A stretch of DNA of 64,000 bases, from assembly GCA_003331605.1 (NCBI GenBank), contig QOPD01000002.1, positions 118,188-182,187 on the forward strand. Reading direction: 5' to 3'. A program made the position numbers and the translations under genes. Origin of the DNA: SAR86 cluster bacterium (GTDB taxonomy: Bacteria > Pseudomonadota > Gammaproteobacteria > Magnimaribacterales > TMED112). Numbering within the stretch: position 1 is the stretch's first letter; each line of letters begins with the position of its first letter. Under the pieces are notes generated by a model. The model did no database searches. It was not told the DNA's origin and was given only the letters and a program-made list of their open reading frames with translations. Below, piece after piece: positions 22,700 through 33,723 of the stretch.

Positions 22700-23862
22700 T
22701 GAATTTACACGAATATCAAGCTAAAGAGCTATTTGAAAAATATGGCATGCCTGTATCTAAAAGAAGTTTAATAGCTAATAAAGAAAACATTGAGGATGCA
22801 CTCAATCAAATAAACTTCTTTGATGGTTGTGTTGCTAAAGTTCAAGCTCATACCGGTGGCAGGGGCAAGGTTGGCGGGGTCAAATTATGCAGCACAATTG
22901 AAGACGTAAAAGTTTTTGTCGATCAATGGCTTGGGAAAAATATTGTGACCATTCAAACCGACAATGAAGGTCTTCCTGTTAACGTAATTTCACTCGAAGA
23001 ATTAACAAATATAAATAAAGAGCTTTATATGAGTCTTGTCGTCGATAGAGGGTCAAAATCCATTTCGATGATAGTGTCTGAAGCAGGAGGAATGAATATT
23101 GAAGAAGTAGCTGAAACAAATCCTGAGAAAATATTAAAAGCTCAGTTAAATACAGATTTTAAAATTTCAGAAGATAAAGTTACTCATATTGCAAAACAGC
23201 TCTCATTAAATGAATCTCAAAGCAAAGAATTTAATGAAATAATTGATAGCTGTTGTCGGTTGTTTAAAGACAAAGATCTTAGTTTGTTGGAAATAAACCC
23301 CCTTGTTATTACAGACAAAGGACATTTGCATTGCTTAGATGCAAAAATAAATATTGATGAGAATGCACTTTACCGTCAAGAGGACTTAACAGCCTTAAGG
23401 GATGCCTCGCAAGAAGATCAAAGAGAATACGAAGCCAAGCAAAGTGATTTAAGTTATGTTGCCCTTGATGGCAATATTGGTTGCATGGTAAATGGGGCAG
23501 GATTGGCGATGGGAACAATGGATACCATAAAATTATACGATGGTGAGCCTGCAAATTTTCTTGATGTTGGTGGCACAGCAACAAAAGAAAGAGTTTCAAC
23601 AGCTTTTCAGCTGATTCTTTCAGATAAGAATGTTAAAGGTATTTTAGTTAACATCTTTGGAGGAATTGTGCGCTGTGATCTGATTGCTCAGGGTATTATT
23701 GATGCAATAAAAGAAAGGAGCGTGGATGTACCAATAGTTGTTAGGTTGCAAGGCAACCAATCCGACTATGGCAAAGAATTATTAAATCAATCAGGCTTGA
23801 ATGTTATTGGTGAAGACTCACTTCAGCTAGCCGCTCAGAGAATAGTGGAGCTAGTTAGATGA
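22699..23862 (+). CDS. sucC: Succinyl-CoA synthetase beta subunit
   Basis: [16 protein letters not shown]..., 387 aa. Confidence 0.97.
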   Translation: MNLHEYQAKELFEKYGMPVSKRSLIANKENIEDALNQINFFDGCVAKVQAHTGGRGKVGGVKLCSTIEDVKVFVDQWLGKNIVTIQTDNEGLPVNVISLEELTNINKELYMSLVVDRGSKSISMIVSEAGGMNIEEVAETNPEKILKAQLNTDFKISEDKVTHIAKQLSLNESQSKEFNEIIDSCCRLFKDKDLSLLEINPLVITDKGHLHCLDAKINIDENALYRQEDLTALRDASQEDQREYEAKQSDLSYVALDGNIGCMVNGAGLAMGTMDTIKLYDGEPANFLDVGGTATKERVSTAFQLILSDKNVKGILVNIFGGIVRCDLIAQGIIDAIKERSVDVPIVVRLQGNQSDYGKELLNQSGLNVIGEDSLQLAAQRIVELVR

Positions 23863-24728
23863 GTGTCTTAATCAATAAAGAAACTAAAGCAATTTTTCAA
23901 GGGTTCACTGGGTCGCAAGCAACCATGCATGCTGAGCAATGCATTGAATATGGCACCAATGTTGTAGGAGGAGTTACTCCAGGCAAAGGTGGCATGACTC
24001 ATCTTGAAAAACCGGTATTCAGTTCAGTCAAAGAGGCATGCACACAAACATATGCCGATACAAGTGTAATTTTTGTTCCAGCTAAGTTCACTAAAGCAGC
24101 AATTATTGAGGCTGCAGAAGCTGGGATTAGTTTAATAATTTGTATCACAGAGGGTGTGCCAGTAATTGACATGATTGAAGTTACAAATGTGCTCAAACAG
24201 CACCCTGAAGTAAGACTGGTTGGCCCAAATTGTCCAGGAGTAATTACCCCAGGTGAGGCAAAACTTGGGATTATGCCAGCATCTATACACCAAAGAGGTT
24301 CTGTAGGAATTGTTTCAAGATCTGGGACTTTAACTTATGAGGCTGTAAAGCAAACGACTGATGTAGGGCTTGGTCAAAGTACTTGCATAGGCATAGGAGG
24401 CGACCCTATAAATGGAACTTCATTTATTGACTGCTTGAGAATGTTTGAAGAAGATCAGCAAACAGATTCAATAGTCATGGTAGGAGAGATTGGTGGTACT
24501 GCAGAAGAAGAGGCAGCTGAATATATTAAGAGCAATGTCACTAAACCAGTTGTATCTTATATTGCAGGAGTGACTGCACCTAAAGGTAAGCGAATGGGCC
24601 ATGCTGGAGCTATTATTTCAGGTGGTAAAGGAACAGCTCAAGACAAATTTAAAGCATTGGAGTCAGCAGGTGTAGGTGTTGTAACAGATTTAAATCTTAT
24701 TGGCTCTAAGTTAAAAGAGCTCCTTTAG
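23859..24728 (+). CDS. sucD: Succinyl-CoA synthetase alpha subunit
   Basis: 289 aa; [19 protein letters not shown] phosphohistidine loop. Confidence 0.97.
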   Translation: MSVLINKETKAIFQGFTGSQATMHAEQCIEYGTNVVGGVTPGKGGMTHLEKPVFSSVKEACTQTYADTSVIFVPAKFTKAAIIEAAEAGISLIICITEGVPVIDMIEVTNVLKQHPEVRLVGPNCPGVITPGEAKLGIMPASIHQRGSVGIVSRSGTLTYEAVKQTTDVGLGQSTCIGIGGDPINGTSFIDCLRMFEEDQQTDSIVMVGEIGGTAEEEAAEYIKSNVTKPVVSYIAGVTAPKGKRMGHAGAIISGGKGTAQDKFKALESAGVGVVTDLNLIGSKLKELL

Positions 24729-26066
24729 TTTATTTTTCTTTGTTTTCAATCTTCTTAGATTCAGGATCATACTAACAACGATACCAATAATCATTCCTGT
24801 CCACATGCCCTCAGCTTGGTTTGGTACATATTTTCCATCCCCAAAAGCAAAATAAACACCTAATGGCAAAGCAAAAACCCAGTATGAGATTACCAGATTA
24901 ACCATTGGGCCAAATGTGTCTTTGTGGCCCCTCAACGAACCTACTGCAGAAAAACCTACTGCATCTGGAATTTGAAAAATTATTGCATAATACAACAGAA
25001 CTAAAGCCATCATTGCGACTTGAGAATTGTCTGTATAAATCGATATAAGATATGAGCCAAAAACTAGAATTATTAACATGTTTAAAGAAGCAACTAGAAG
25101 AGATATTTTTAATGAAAAATTTGTAGCATAGTTGGCCTGTGTATAATTCTTTTCGCCAATGAGGTTGCCAACTCTAATAGCAGAAGCTAGACCCAGTGAT
25201 AAAGGAAGCATGAAAAGCAAACCCACTAAATTCAAGGCTATGGTATGTCCAGCCAAAGCAGTTGCGCCAAAAAAAGAAATTATCAAAGCTGCTCCACTGA
25301 ACATGCTTAGTTCCACAAAAACCCCAAAGCTTATGGGGACACCAATCTTAAATAACTCTATTGAACTACTTATTTCAGGATTGATAAATTTGCCGTAAAG
25401 TCGTGTTTCTTTATACCTGTCTGAGAAGAGAGTAATCAACCAAAAACATATCAACCCTATGACTACCAGCACTGTAGTTGCGTAACCACAACCCACACCA
25501 CCTAAGTCAAAGTAAAAGATAAAGAGATAATTAAAAGGAATGTTTAAGAGAAAAATTGCCAAACTTATCAAAAAAACAGTTTTAGTTTCAGTAATGCCTT
25601 CACTGTAACCCCGTAATGCTTGATAGATTGTCATTGGTATAGCGCCGAAGGAAATAATCTTTAGATAATCAATTGCAATTTGCTTTATGTGCTGTTCAGC
25701 TTCAATGAAGTTGAAAATTAAATATGCATTGCTTAACGCTAAAAAAAATAAAAATCCTATAAACAAGGCAACCCAAATAAACCTTCTTGTTTTTAGCTTA
25801 ATTTCTTCAAAACTTTTTTGACCATAAAGCTGTGCAACAATGGGGTTAATACCAAACATGACACCAGCTGTAAGAAAATAAAGAGGGTTAAAAATTGATG
25901 CAGCTAAACCCAAGCCAGCTAAATCATCTGAACTGTAGTAGCCAGCCATGATGTAGTCTGTTGTTGTTAGCCCATACATGACTATTTGTGTCCCTAAAAT
26001 AGGGACACCAATAGCTAAAAATCTTTTAGCTTCTTGGTAAAAATTTGCTACATTAAGGTCAATCAT
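24711..26066 (-). CDS. MATE family efflux transporter (NorM-like)
   Basis: 451 aa, about 12 TM, typical MATE N-terminus ([20 protein letters not shown]). Its 3' end overlaps the sucD 3' end by 18 nt. Confidence 0.8.
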   Translation of the reverse strand: MIDLNVANFYQEAKRFLAIGVPILGTQIVMYGLTTTDYIMAGYYSSDDLAGLGLAASIFNPLYFLTAGVMFGINPIVAQLYGQKSFEEIKLKTRRFIWVALFIGFLFFLALSNAYLIFNFIEAEQHIKQIAIDYLKIISFGAIPMTIYQALRGYSEGITETKTVFLISLAIFLLNIPFNYLFIFYFDLGGVGCGYATTVLVVIGLICFWLITLFSDRYKETRLYGKFINPEISSSIELFKIGVPISFGVFVELSMFSGAALIISFFGATALAGHTIALNLVGLLFMLPLSLGLASAIRVGNLIGEKNYTQANYATNFSLKISLLVASLNMLIILVFGSYLISIYTDNSQVAMMALVLLYYAIIFQIPDAVGFSAVGSLRGHKDTFGPMVNLVISYWVFALPLGVYFAFGDGKYVPNQAEGMWTGMIIGIVVSMILNLRRLKTKKNKLKELF

Positions 26067-26215
26067 GCTAGTTGTATTCTAGCTTATAATTTATTTAGGA
26101 GCAGATCATTAATAAAGAGCAAAGACCCTTCTGGCTAAAACAATTATTTAATTCATTTAGTGCTTTTTATATCCACCATTTTTTAAAACCTAAGTTCACA
26201 AACTTTGGTAAGAGT

Positions 26216-26821
26216 GTGATGATTTTAAAGCCACAGCACCTACGTATTTTTGGATCTAATATTCATTTAGAAGATTTTGTAACTATTATTTGTGCGTCTG
26301 ATAAGAAGATTGATCTATCAACCTGGCAAACCGATAAATTAAATGGAGAGCTCCATATAGGAAGTTATGTTTTGATGTCACCAGGTATAAATATTAGATG
26401 TGCAAAGAAGATCACTATAGGCAAGTCAACCATGATTGCCAGTGATGTTACTATCACAGACTCCGATTGGCATGGTATATACGATAGAACTGATTATGTT
26501 GCGAGCCCCAAAGAGATAAGCATTGGGGAAAATGTTTGGATTGGGGAAAGATCATTAATTTTGAAAGGCTCAAAAATAGGAAACAACTCGATTATTGGTG
26601 CAGGTTCAGTTGTTGCTGGAGAGATTCCACCAAACTCAGTTTATGCAGGCAACCCAGCTAGGTTTATTAAAGAACTTAATGAGCAGGAATTTATTACCAG
26701 AGAAAGCTTATTTAAGGAATCCTCGACCTATTTGGAAGATTTGCTAACAATTGAAAAAGGCATGACAAATGAAAATTCTTTTTTAAGCTGGTTAAAATCA
26801 TTGCTATGGCCAAAGAAGTAA
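26216..26821 (+). CDS. Left-handed beta-helix (hexapeptide-repeat) acyltransferase
   Basis: IGENVWIGERSLILKGSKIGNNSIIGAGSVVAGEIPPNSVYAGNPARFI hexapeptide repeats. The N-terminus is probably longer than any canonical start allows (see findings). Confidence 0.7.
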   Translation: MMILKPQHLRIFGSNIHLEDFVTIICASDKKIDLSTWQTDKLNGELHIGSYVLMSPGINIRCAKKITIGKSTMIASDVTITDSDWHGIYDRTDYVASPKEISIGENVWIGERSLILKGSKIGNNSIIGAGSVVAGEIPPNSVYAGNPARFIKELNEQEFITRESLFKESSTYLEDLLTIEKGMTNENSFLSWLKSLLWPKK

Positions 26822-27894
26822 CTCTATATATTGACCAGAACATCCCCTACAGTGATGTTTTTTTTGAATCTTTAGGTCTTCCAATTTCTTACTTTAAAGA
26901 TCAAGATTTTGATATTTCTTCCATCTATGAAGATGCCATAGTAGTCATTAGATCAACATACAAAACACACAATAGAGATATTCCAGCTAACGTGAAGTTA
27001 ATTTGCTCAGTATCAACAGGCGAAGACCATATAGATAAAGATCATCTAAAGCAAAAAGGAATAGAGTACGCTTTTTCAACTGGTGCAAATGCTCCTGCTG
27101 TTGCTGAGTATGTTTTTTCGAGCCTTGCTCTTCTGCTAAAAGATAAGCTTATTACCCCAGAAGATAAATTTTTGATAATAGGACATGGAAATATTGGCTC
27201 TAGAGTTTATTCGTTTCTAAAGAATTTTGGTTATTCTGTTGATGCATATGATCCCTTTAGTTTTTCGACAATAGGTAACTTAGATCTCTTGGATCAATAC
27301 AAATTAATTTCTCTTCATGTTCCTCTAATCCAAAATGGAGAACATCCAACCTACAATTTGGTAGATTCCAATTTTTTAGAAAGAATGGGTGACAGTAGCT
27401 TTATTATTAATTCTTCTAGAGGGGGAGTGGTAAAAGAAAAAGATTTTATCAGGCAAAACAAGGTGCGTATAATTTCCGATGTATTTGAAAATGAACCTAA
27501 TATAAATACAAATTTTCATAATTCTGCTTATCTCTGCACCCCACATATCGCAGGACACTCTCAATCAGCCAGGTTTGAAATGACCCATATGGCATATCAA
27601 AATGTATTGAGATTTTTAAATATAAAACAAAAGGAACAAAAAACCCTTTCTTTAACGAGAGTTTTGGGTTTTTCTAAGCAATTAGTAGAAGATGATATTG
27701 CTAAATATGGGTTACCAATCTCTTTATTTCTAGATATTTATAATCCAAAAAAGGACTGCTTTTCACCAGAAGATTTTAAAATAAAAAGAGACAGCTACAA
27801 TAATAGAATTGGTTACAACCAAGCAGATCTTAGTAAAAACTTTGATAGAAAATTTGAAAAATTCTTGAGCCAACTCAACATTAAAACAAGTTAG
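26806..27894 (+). CDS. pdxB: Erythronate-4-phosphate dehydrogenase
   Basis: 362 aa; start LYIDQNIPY parallels PdxB ILVDENMPY; NAPAVAEYVFSSL; GHGNIGSRV NAD site; TPHIAGHS. Confidence 0.85.
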   Translation: MAKEVTLYIDQNIPYSDVFFESLGLPISYFKDQDFDISSIYEDAIVVIRSTYKTHNRDIPANVKLICSVSTGEDHIDKDHLKQKGIEYAFSTGANAPAVAEYVFSSLALLLKDKLITPEDKFLIIGHGNIGSRVYSFLKNFGYSVDAYDPFSFSTIGNLDLLDQYKLISLHVPLIQNGEHPTYNLVDSNFLERMGDSSFIINSSRGGVVKEKDFIRQNKVRIISDVFENEPNINTNFHNSAYLCTPHIAGHSQSARFEMTHMAYQNVLRFLNIKQKEQKTLSLTRVLGFSKQLVEDDIAKYGLPISLFLDIYNPKKDCFSPEDFKIKRDSYNNRIGYNQADLSKNFDRKFEKFLSQLNIKTS

Positions 27895-27904
27895 AATTAA
27901 CAAG

Positions 27905-28291
27905 ATGAAAAAAATTAATGAGAACCTTACACCAGAGGAACTATTTGTGCTTAAGGACAAAGGTACTGAGCGTCCATTCACTGGAAAATTTGATAGTTTT
28001 TTTGAAGACGGAATCTATAAATGTAAAAACTGTGATGCTGAGCTTTTTAGATCAGATTCCAAATATGATGCTGGGTGTGGGTGGCCAAGTTTTTTTGAAG
28101 CAGCCAATGAAAAAGCCATAAAGTATAAGGAAGATAATTCGATTTTTGGTCGACCAAGAACTGAAATCTTATGTGCATCTTGTGATGGTCATCTAGGACA
28201 TGTTTTTGAAGATGGTCCAAAAGAAAAAACAGGTTTGAGGTATTGTGTGAATTCTATATCGATCGACTTTGATAAAGAGAAAAACAATTGA
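27905..28291 (+). CDS. msrB: Methionine-R-sulfoxide reductase
   Basis: 128 aa; CKNCDAELF, CASCDGHLGHVF zinc Cys pairs, RYCVNS catalytic Cys. Confidence 0.95.
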   Translation: MKKINENLTPEELFVLKDKGTERPFTGKFDSFFEDGIYKCKNCDAELFRSDSKYDAGCGWPSFFEAANEKAIKYKEDNSIFGRPRTEILCASCDGHLGHVFEDGPKEKTGLRYCVNSISIDFDKEKNN

Positions 28292-29667
28292 ATATATCTA
28301 AGTTCTGGAAATCCTCATTAGGTTTTTCTTTTTTTACATTTATTTCAAGAATATTTGGATATCTTCGTGATTTAGTTCTTTCTTCAAATCTGGGAGCAAG
28401 CGCTATCCACGATATTTTTGTAGTAATTTTTAGAATACCAAACGTTTTTAGGAGTTTTTTTGGTGAGGGAGCAATGTCTCAATCTTTGGTTCCAAGCATT
28501 ATTGAGGCAAATCAACATCAAACCAGATTTTTGAATCAGGTCTTTACTTTATTAGTATGTATTCTTGCTGTCTTTGTTTTATTTGTAGAACTATTTCCCT
28601 CTTTCTTTGTAACTTTATTTGCGCCAGGTTATCTTGCAGATTTAGGTACGCTGAATAACTCAACTAATTTCTTACGACTAATTTTTCCATATATCTTGCT
28701 TATCTCATTAGTAGCTTTTTTTGGTGCGATTCAAAATTCAAAGAAATACTTTCAGGTTGTGGCAGCAACCCCAATTATATTCAACATTACACTTATACTA
28801 TTTGCCTTATCTTTTTCAAACTTAACTTTAGGAGTCATTGGTACTTCTATTTTGATTGCTGGTGCTCTGCAGTTGATACTAAATGTTTTATATACCGCTA
28901 AGCTCGGCTATCTACCAACTTTTGATTTTAGTTTTGATGCTAGCTTGCTAAAGACCTTTTTTAACAGGCTCTTGCCTGCTATCTTTGCAGCAGGCATATA
29001 TCAAATAAATATACTAGTAGATACAGTTTTCGCATCTTTTTTAGTGACCGGAAGTCCAACTTGGCTGTACCTTTCAGAGAGAATAATTCAACTCCCTCTT
29101 GGTATGTTTGGTGTAGCAATAGCTTTGGTTTCACTGCCAAATATCACAGAACTATTTAAGGACAATAAATCCAAGGAGCTTTTGAAAAGCACTATGACAG
29201 GTTTTGCATCAGTCTCGCTTATTGGTTTTGGTGCATTTTTAGGGCTTTATTTTCTTTCAGAATCTATTATTCAAATGTTGTTTCAAAGAGGAGAATTTTT
29301 ATCTTCTGATACTCTCCAAACGTCTTCTAGCTTACTTGCTTATGCATTTGGTCTGCCCTTTCTGATGTCAAATAAGTTTTTCAATAGCATTTATTTCGCT
29401 GTTGCAAAGACAAAACTTGTGCTTTGGCTTGGCGTTTTTTCATTGCTATTAAATATCATTTTCAATTACGTTTTTGTTTATATATTTGAGCTAGAACATG
29501 TTGGAATAGCACTTGCAACTAGCATAAGCAGTATTTTTGTGTTTACTGTTTCTGTTGCATGGCTAAGCTTGAATAAGTTTTTTAATAAGGGCGCTGTGCT
29601 GTTGGCAATTGCATTTATCATTCTAATTGCAATATTAATTTCAAACACATATTACTTATATGGCTAG
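28288..29667 (+). CDS. murJ: Lipid II flippase MurJ (MviN)
   Basis: 459 aa polytopic; FISRIFGYLRDLVLSSNLGAS..FRIPNVFRSFFGEGAMSQSLVP typical MurJ N-terminus; TTG start overlapping the msrB stop. Confidence 0.85.
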   Translation: MNISKFWKSSLGFSFFTFISRIFGYLRDLVLSSNLGASAIHDIFVVIFRIPNVFRSFFGEGAMSQSLVPSIIEANQHQTRFLNQVFTLLVCILAVFVLFVELFPSFFVTLFAPGYLADLGTLNNSTNFLRLIFPYILLISLVAFFGAIQNSKKYFQVVAATPIIFNITLILFALSFSNLTLGVIGTSILIAGALQLILNVLYTAKLGYLPTFDFSFDASLLKTFFNRLLPAIFAAGIYQINILVDTVFASFLVTGSPTWLYLSERIIQLPLGMFGVAIALVSLPNITELFKDNKSKELLKSTMTGFASVSLIGFGAFLGLYFLSESIIQMLFQRGEFLSSDTLQTSSSLLAYAFGLPFLMSNKFFNSIYFAVAKTKLVLWLGVFSLLLNIIFNYVFVYIFELEHVGIALATSISSIFVFTVSVAWLSLNKFFNKGAVLLAIAFIILIAILISNTYYLYG

Positions 29668-30538
29668 ATTCGTAACAACAATTGGCAACTTTGATGGCAT
29701 CCATTTGGGACATCAAAAACTGCTTAATGATTTAAAAAGTATTGCAAAAAACCAAGGATTTAAAACAAGGGTAGTTACTTTTAATCCTTACCCATTTGAA
29801 TTTTTTAAGCACAGCAAGAAGCGAATTCTATCAACTAAAGACAAAATAGATGTTCTTAACAGCATGGGAATTGAGAAGGTTGTAGAAATTAAATTTGATG
29901 AAAGATTTAGGAAACTCTCACCTGAAGATTTTTTTAATGAATATCTTTTAAAAGACACAAAAATCTTGATGGTTGGCGAGGATTTTAGGTTTGGCAAAGA
30001 TAGGGAAGGCGATACAGAACTTCTTCAAAAACTTTGTAAAAAATACAGTATTGAATTTATTGCTTTGAAAGATGTTAGTTTAAATAACAAAAGAATAAGC
30101 AGCTCATGGGTTAGAGAAGTATTGCATGAGGGAGCTTTTGCTAGTGCAGGCGATTTGTTAGGCAGAGATTACACAATCACAGGAAAAGTGTTATCTGGTA
30201 ATCAGATCGGAAGAAGAATTCAGACCCCAACAGCAAACATAGAAATCGATAATTATAATTTTTGCTTTAGTGGGGTTTTTCTCTGCAAGGTAGGGTTTAA
30301 CGATAAAGAATACTTTGCAATAGCGAACTTTGGCCCAAAACCAACATTCAATGATTATCGGCAATCATTGGAGGTAAACATATTTGATTTCAAAGGAAAT
30401 CTTTATGATGAAGTACTTAGAGTAGTTTTTTTATGTAAAATTAGAGATCAAATCAAATTTGAATCAATTGATGATCTAAAACGACAAATTGCAAAAGATA
30501 TTGAGGATGCCAAAAATCTAATTTCTAATAATGAGTGA
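29660..30538 (+). CDS. ribF: Bifunctional riboflavin kinase / FAD synthetase
   Basis: 292 aa; IGNFDGIHLGHQKLL; conserved position before ileS. Confidence 0.9.
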   Translation: MARFVTTIGNFDGIHLGHQKLLNDLKSIAKNQGFKTRVVTFNPYPFEFFKHSKKRILSTKDKIDVLNSMGIEKVVEIKFDERFRKLSPEDFFNEYLLKDTKILMVGEDFRFGKDREGDTELLQKLCKKYSIEFIALKDVSLNNKRISSSWVREVLHEGAFASAGDLLGRDYTITGKVLSGNQIGRRIQTPTANIEIDNYNFCFSGVFLCKVGFNDKEYFAIANFGPKPTFNDYRQSLEVNIFDFKGNLYDEVLRVVFLCKIRDQIKFESIDDLKRQIAKDIEDAKNLISNNE

Positions 30539-33269
30539 TAAACCTGACCTTAAGTTAAATCTACCTTATACCAATATCCCTATGAAAGCTGGTTTGAATC
30601 AGAGAGAACCAGAGATTTTAAAAACGTGGGAATCAAGAGGCTTATATAAAAAAATTAGAGCTTCAAGAAAGGGAAGAAAGACATTCCACTTACATGATGG
30701 ACCTCCATATGCAAATGGACAAATTCATCTAGGTCATGCTGTTAATAAGGTGCTCAAGGATGTTGTCATTAAATCTAAAACTTTGTCTGGGTTTGATGCA
30801 CCTTACATTCCTGGCTGGGATTGTCATGGATTGCCCATTGAGCTACAGGTTGAAAAAAAAATTGGAAGCAAAAAGAAAACAATCTCTCAGGAGGAATTTA
30901 GATCTTTATGTCGAGAATATGCTGGCCAACAAATTGAGTTACAAAAATTAGATTTTATTAGATTGGGGGTGCTGGGAGAATGGAACAATAGGTATGCAAG
31001 TCTAGATGAGAGCTTTGAAGCAGATGCAGTCGATGCATTCTCAAGAATTTATCATAATGGTCATGTTGAAAAAGGTTTTAAGCCTGTGCATTGGTGCTTG
31101 GAATGTTCATCTGCTTTAGCAGAAGCAGAGGTTGAGTACATTGATAAAACCTCAAACTCAATTGATGTAAAATTTAGTTTCTCTCAATCAAGTATTGAGA
31201 GAATTCAGAAAAACATATCAAAAGATCTCGGTGAAAAGTTAAGTTTGGTCATATGGACTACAACGCCTTGGACAATTCCTGGAAATCAAGCAGTCTGCCT
31301 CAACGAGAAAATTAGTTACACCATACTTGAGGTAGATGATGAAAAATTAGTGGTAGCAAGAGAACTTGTTGATCAATGTAGTGAGCGCTGGTCAGAGAAA
31401 AAAATAAAAATTCTAGTGCCTAATTTAGTTGGATCAGTATTTAGCGGCACGACCGTAGTTCATCCAATATTCAAGAAAGAGGTTGCAGTTTTGAGTGGTG
31501 AACATGTAACTACCGAAACAGGAACTGGTTTTGTGCATACTGCTCCGGCTCATGGTGTTGATGATTTTAATGTGTGCCAAGAAAATAATATTGAGCCTTT
31601 TAATCCCATATCAATGAATGGTTGTTTCAAAGAAGAAATAGAATTTTTTGCAGGAGTGCATGTAAGAAAAGTTGAAAATCTTGTGATTGATAAGCTGAAA
31701 GAGCTCAGTTCTTTAGTAAATTTAGCGGATTACAATCACAGTTATCCGCATTGCTGGAGACATAAAACTCCGCTTATATTTATGGCAACACCCCAATGGT
31801 TTATTTCAATGACAAAATCAGGCCTTCTTGATGGCACAATGAAGGCAGTATCCGAAATAGATTTTATACCATCATGGGGCAAAGAAAGAATGGAGATTAT
31901 GCTAAAAGACAGGCCAGACTGGTGCATTTCAAGACAAAGAGATTGGGGGATTCCAATAACATTGGTTTATGAAAAAGATTCTGGAGAACTACACAGTAAT
32001 CAAAGTGAGATATTTAACTTAGCTGCATCTGCAATTAGAGAAAAGGGGATAGATTCATGGAGCAATCTGGAATTAGAAGGTATTTCAAATGATCATGAAA
32101 AATCCAAAGATATTTTTGATGTATGGTTTGATTCTGGTGTTACCCATTTTTGTGTAATGGATAAAAGTTTTGGCTCCAATGTCCAATCAGACTTGTATCT
32201 TGAAGGGAGTGACCAGCATAGGGGCTGGTTCCAATCATCCTTGCTAACTTCAATCGCGATGAAGGGAATGGCGCCATATAAATCAGTACTTACTCATGGT
32301 TTTGTTGTAGACGAAGATGGTAGAAAGATGTCTAAGTCCCTTGGCAATGTGGTTTCACCACAAGAGATAATAGGCGAATCGGGAGCCGATATTCTAAGGT
32401 TCTGGATAGCTTCCACTGATTTTCGAGGAGAGATGAGTTTTTCAAAAGATATTTTTAGCAGATCTATTGATGGTTTTAGAAGAATTAGAAATACATTGCG
32501 TTTTATGATTTCTAATCTCTATGACTTTGGTAAAGAATTTAATTCAGAAGACCTTTTATTTTTAGATAAAGCTATGATAGTTAAAGTCAATCATTTGCAA
32601 AAAGATGTAGCGCAGCATTACGAAGAGTATAACTTTCATTTAGTTATATCTAAGGTTTTAAATTTTTGTGTTAACGATCTTGGAGGACTTTATTTAGATG
32701 TAATCAAAGATAGGCTTTATACAATGAAAGCAGACTCTCTTGGCAGAAAGTCTGCACAGTATGCCTTAGATAAAATACTAACTGTATTAGTAAAAAGCAT
32801 TAGCCCAATACTTTCGTTTACGGCATATGAGTTTTCAGAGGAAATGAATCCAGGGAAAGGGCATGAAATCTTTCTTGCTGAATGGGATGAGGGTGTTTTG
32901 CATCTAAATGAACTTGAGGAGAAAAAGTTAACCAAGCTGCTTGCACTTAGAACTAGAGTTTATCAAGCCATTGAGAGTGAAAGACAAAACGGCGAACTGA
33001 AGAATGCTCTTGATGCCAATATTGAAATCACATTAAACAAACATGACTTTGAGGATTTAAAAGAATTTAAAGAAGAAATTCATAAACTTTTCATTGCATC
33101 ATCATGCGAATTAAATATAGGAAAAGAGGAAGAAATCAAGATAACCAAATCCAATGGTCAGAAGTGTGCAAGATGTTGGCACAAAGTTGATGAGCTTAGT
33201 GAGAGGAATATTTGCTCGAGATGCGAGAATAATATAAATGGCGATGGCGAAGATAGAGGCTTCTTTTAA
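30531..33269 (+). CDS. ileS: Isoleucyl-tRNA synthetase
   Basis: 912 aa; PPYANGQIHLGH, KMSKS, C-terminal Zn finger CARCWH...CSRC. Confidence 0.97.
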   Translation: MSDKPDLKLNLPYTNIPMKAGLNQREPEILKTWESRGLYKKIRASRKGRKTFHLHDGPPYANGQIHLGHAVNKVLKDVVIKSKTLSGFDAPYIPGWDCHGLPIELQVEKKIGSKKKTISQEEFRSLCREYAGQQIELQKLDFIRLGVLGEWNNRYASLDESFEADAVDAFSRIYHNGHVEKGFKPVHWCLECSSALAEAEVEYIDKTSNSIDVKFSFSQSSIERIQKNISKDLGEKLSLVIWTTTPWTIPGNQAVCLNEKISYTILEVDDEKLVVARELVDQCSERWSEKKIKILVPNLVGSVFSGTTVVHPIFKKEVAVLSGEHVTTETGTGFVHTAPAHGVDDFNVCQENNIEPFNPISMNGCFKEEIEFFAGVHVRKVENLVIDKLKELSSLVNLADYNHSYPHCWRHKTPLIFMATPQWFISMTKSGLLDGTMKAVSEIDFIPSWGKERMEIMLKDRPDWCISRQRDWGIPITLVYEKDSGELHSNQSEIFNLAASAIREKGIDSWSNLELEGISNDHEKSKDIFDVWFDSGVTHFCVMDKSFGSNVQSDLYLEGSDQHRGWFQSSLLTSIAMKGMAPYKSVLTHGFVVDEDGRKMSKSLGNVVSPQEIIGESGADILRFWIASTDFRGEMSFSKDIFSRSIDGFRRIRNTLRFMISNLYDFGKEFNSEDLLFLDKAMIVKVNHLQKDVAQHYEEYNFHLVISKVLNFCVNDLGGLYLDVIKDRLYTMKADSLGRKSAQYALDKILTVLVKSISPILSFTAYEFSEEMNPGKGHEIFLAEWDEGVLHLNELEEKKLTKLLALRTRVYQAIESERQNGELKNALDANIEITLNKHDFEDLKEFKEEIHKLFIASSCELNIGKEEEIKITKSNGQKCARCWHKVDELSERNICSRCENNINGDGEDRGFF

Positions 33270-33723
33270 ATTGAAATATATTTACTTATTTAGCTTTGTA
33301 TTGTTCTTTGATCTGGGCTCAAAATACTTCGTTTCAAACAACCTTAATGACTCAATGACACTGTTACCAATTCTTGATTTATTGCTTGTGAAAAATACTG
33401 GAATAGCTCTAAGCTTTTTAAGTGATCTAGAAGGGATAGGAAAGATTATCCTTTCTTTATTTATTGCCGCGGCATTGGTATTTATTTTTTTTGAAATAAA
33501 AAAATCTCAAAATCACCTACAAAAATTTTCACTTACTTTAATATTGGCTGGAGGAGTTGGAAACTATATTGAAAGGCTTTTTTTTGGGGCAGTGACAGAT
33601 TTCCTTCATCTTAGAGTGGGTGATTTTTCCTTCTTTATATTTAACTTTGCAGATCTATTCATTACTTTGGGAGCGATATTGTTTGCTTATAAAATGTTTA
33701 GCAAACAAAAAAAATATGAATAA
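33238..33723 (+). CDS. lspA: Lipoprotein signal peptidase II
   Basis: 161 aa, 4 TM; NTGIALSFL, FNFADLFITLG. Start may be 33244; overlaps the ileS end. Confidence 0.9.
   Translation: MAMAKIEASFKLKYIYLFSFVLFFDLGSKYFVSNNLNDSMTLLPILDLLLVKNTGIALSFLSDLEGIGKIILSLFIAAALVFIFFEIKKSQNHLQKFSLTLILAGGVGNYIERLFFGAVTDFLHLRVGDFSFFIFNFADLFITLGAILFAYKMFSKQKKYE

Noticed and set aside
24711-26821. MATE efflux pump plus acetyltransferase as a small resistance or accessory island
   Set aside because: No mobility genes, repeats or compositional break are visible. Both genes are tightly packed, with overlaps, against core genes (sucD, pdxB). Both families are common housekeeping members of small genomes.
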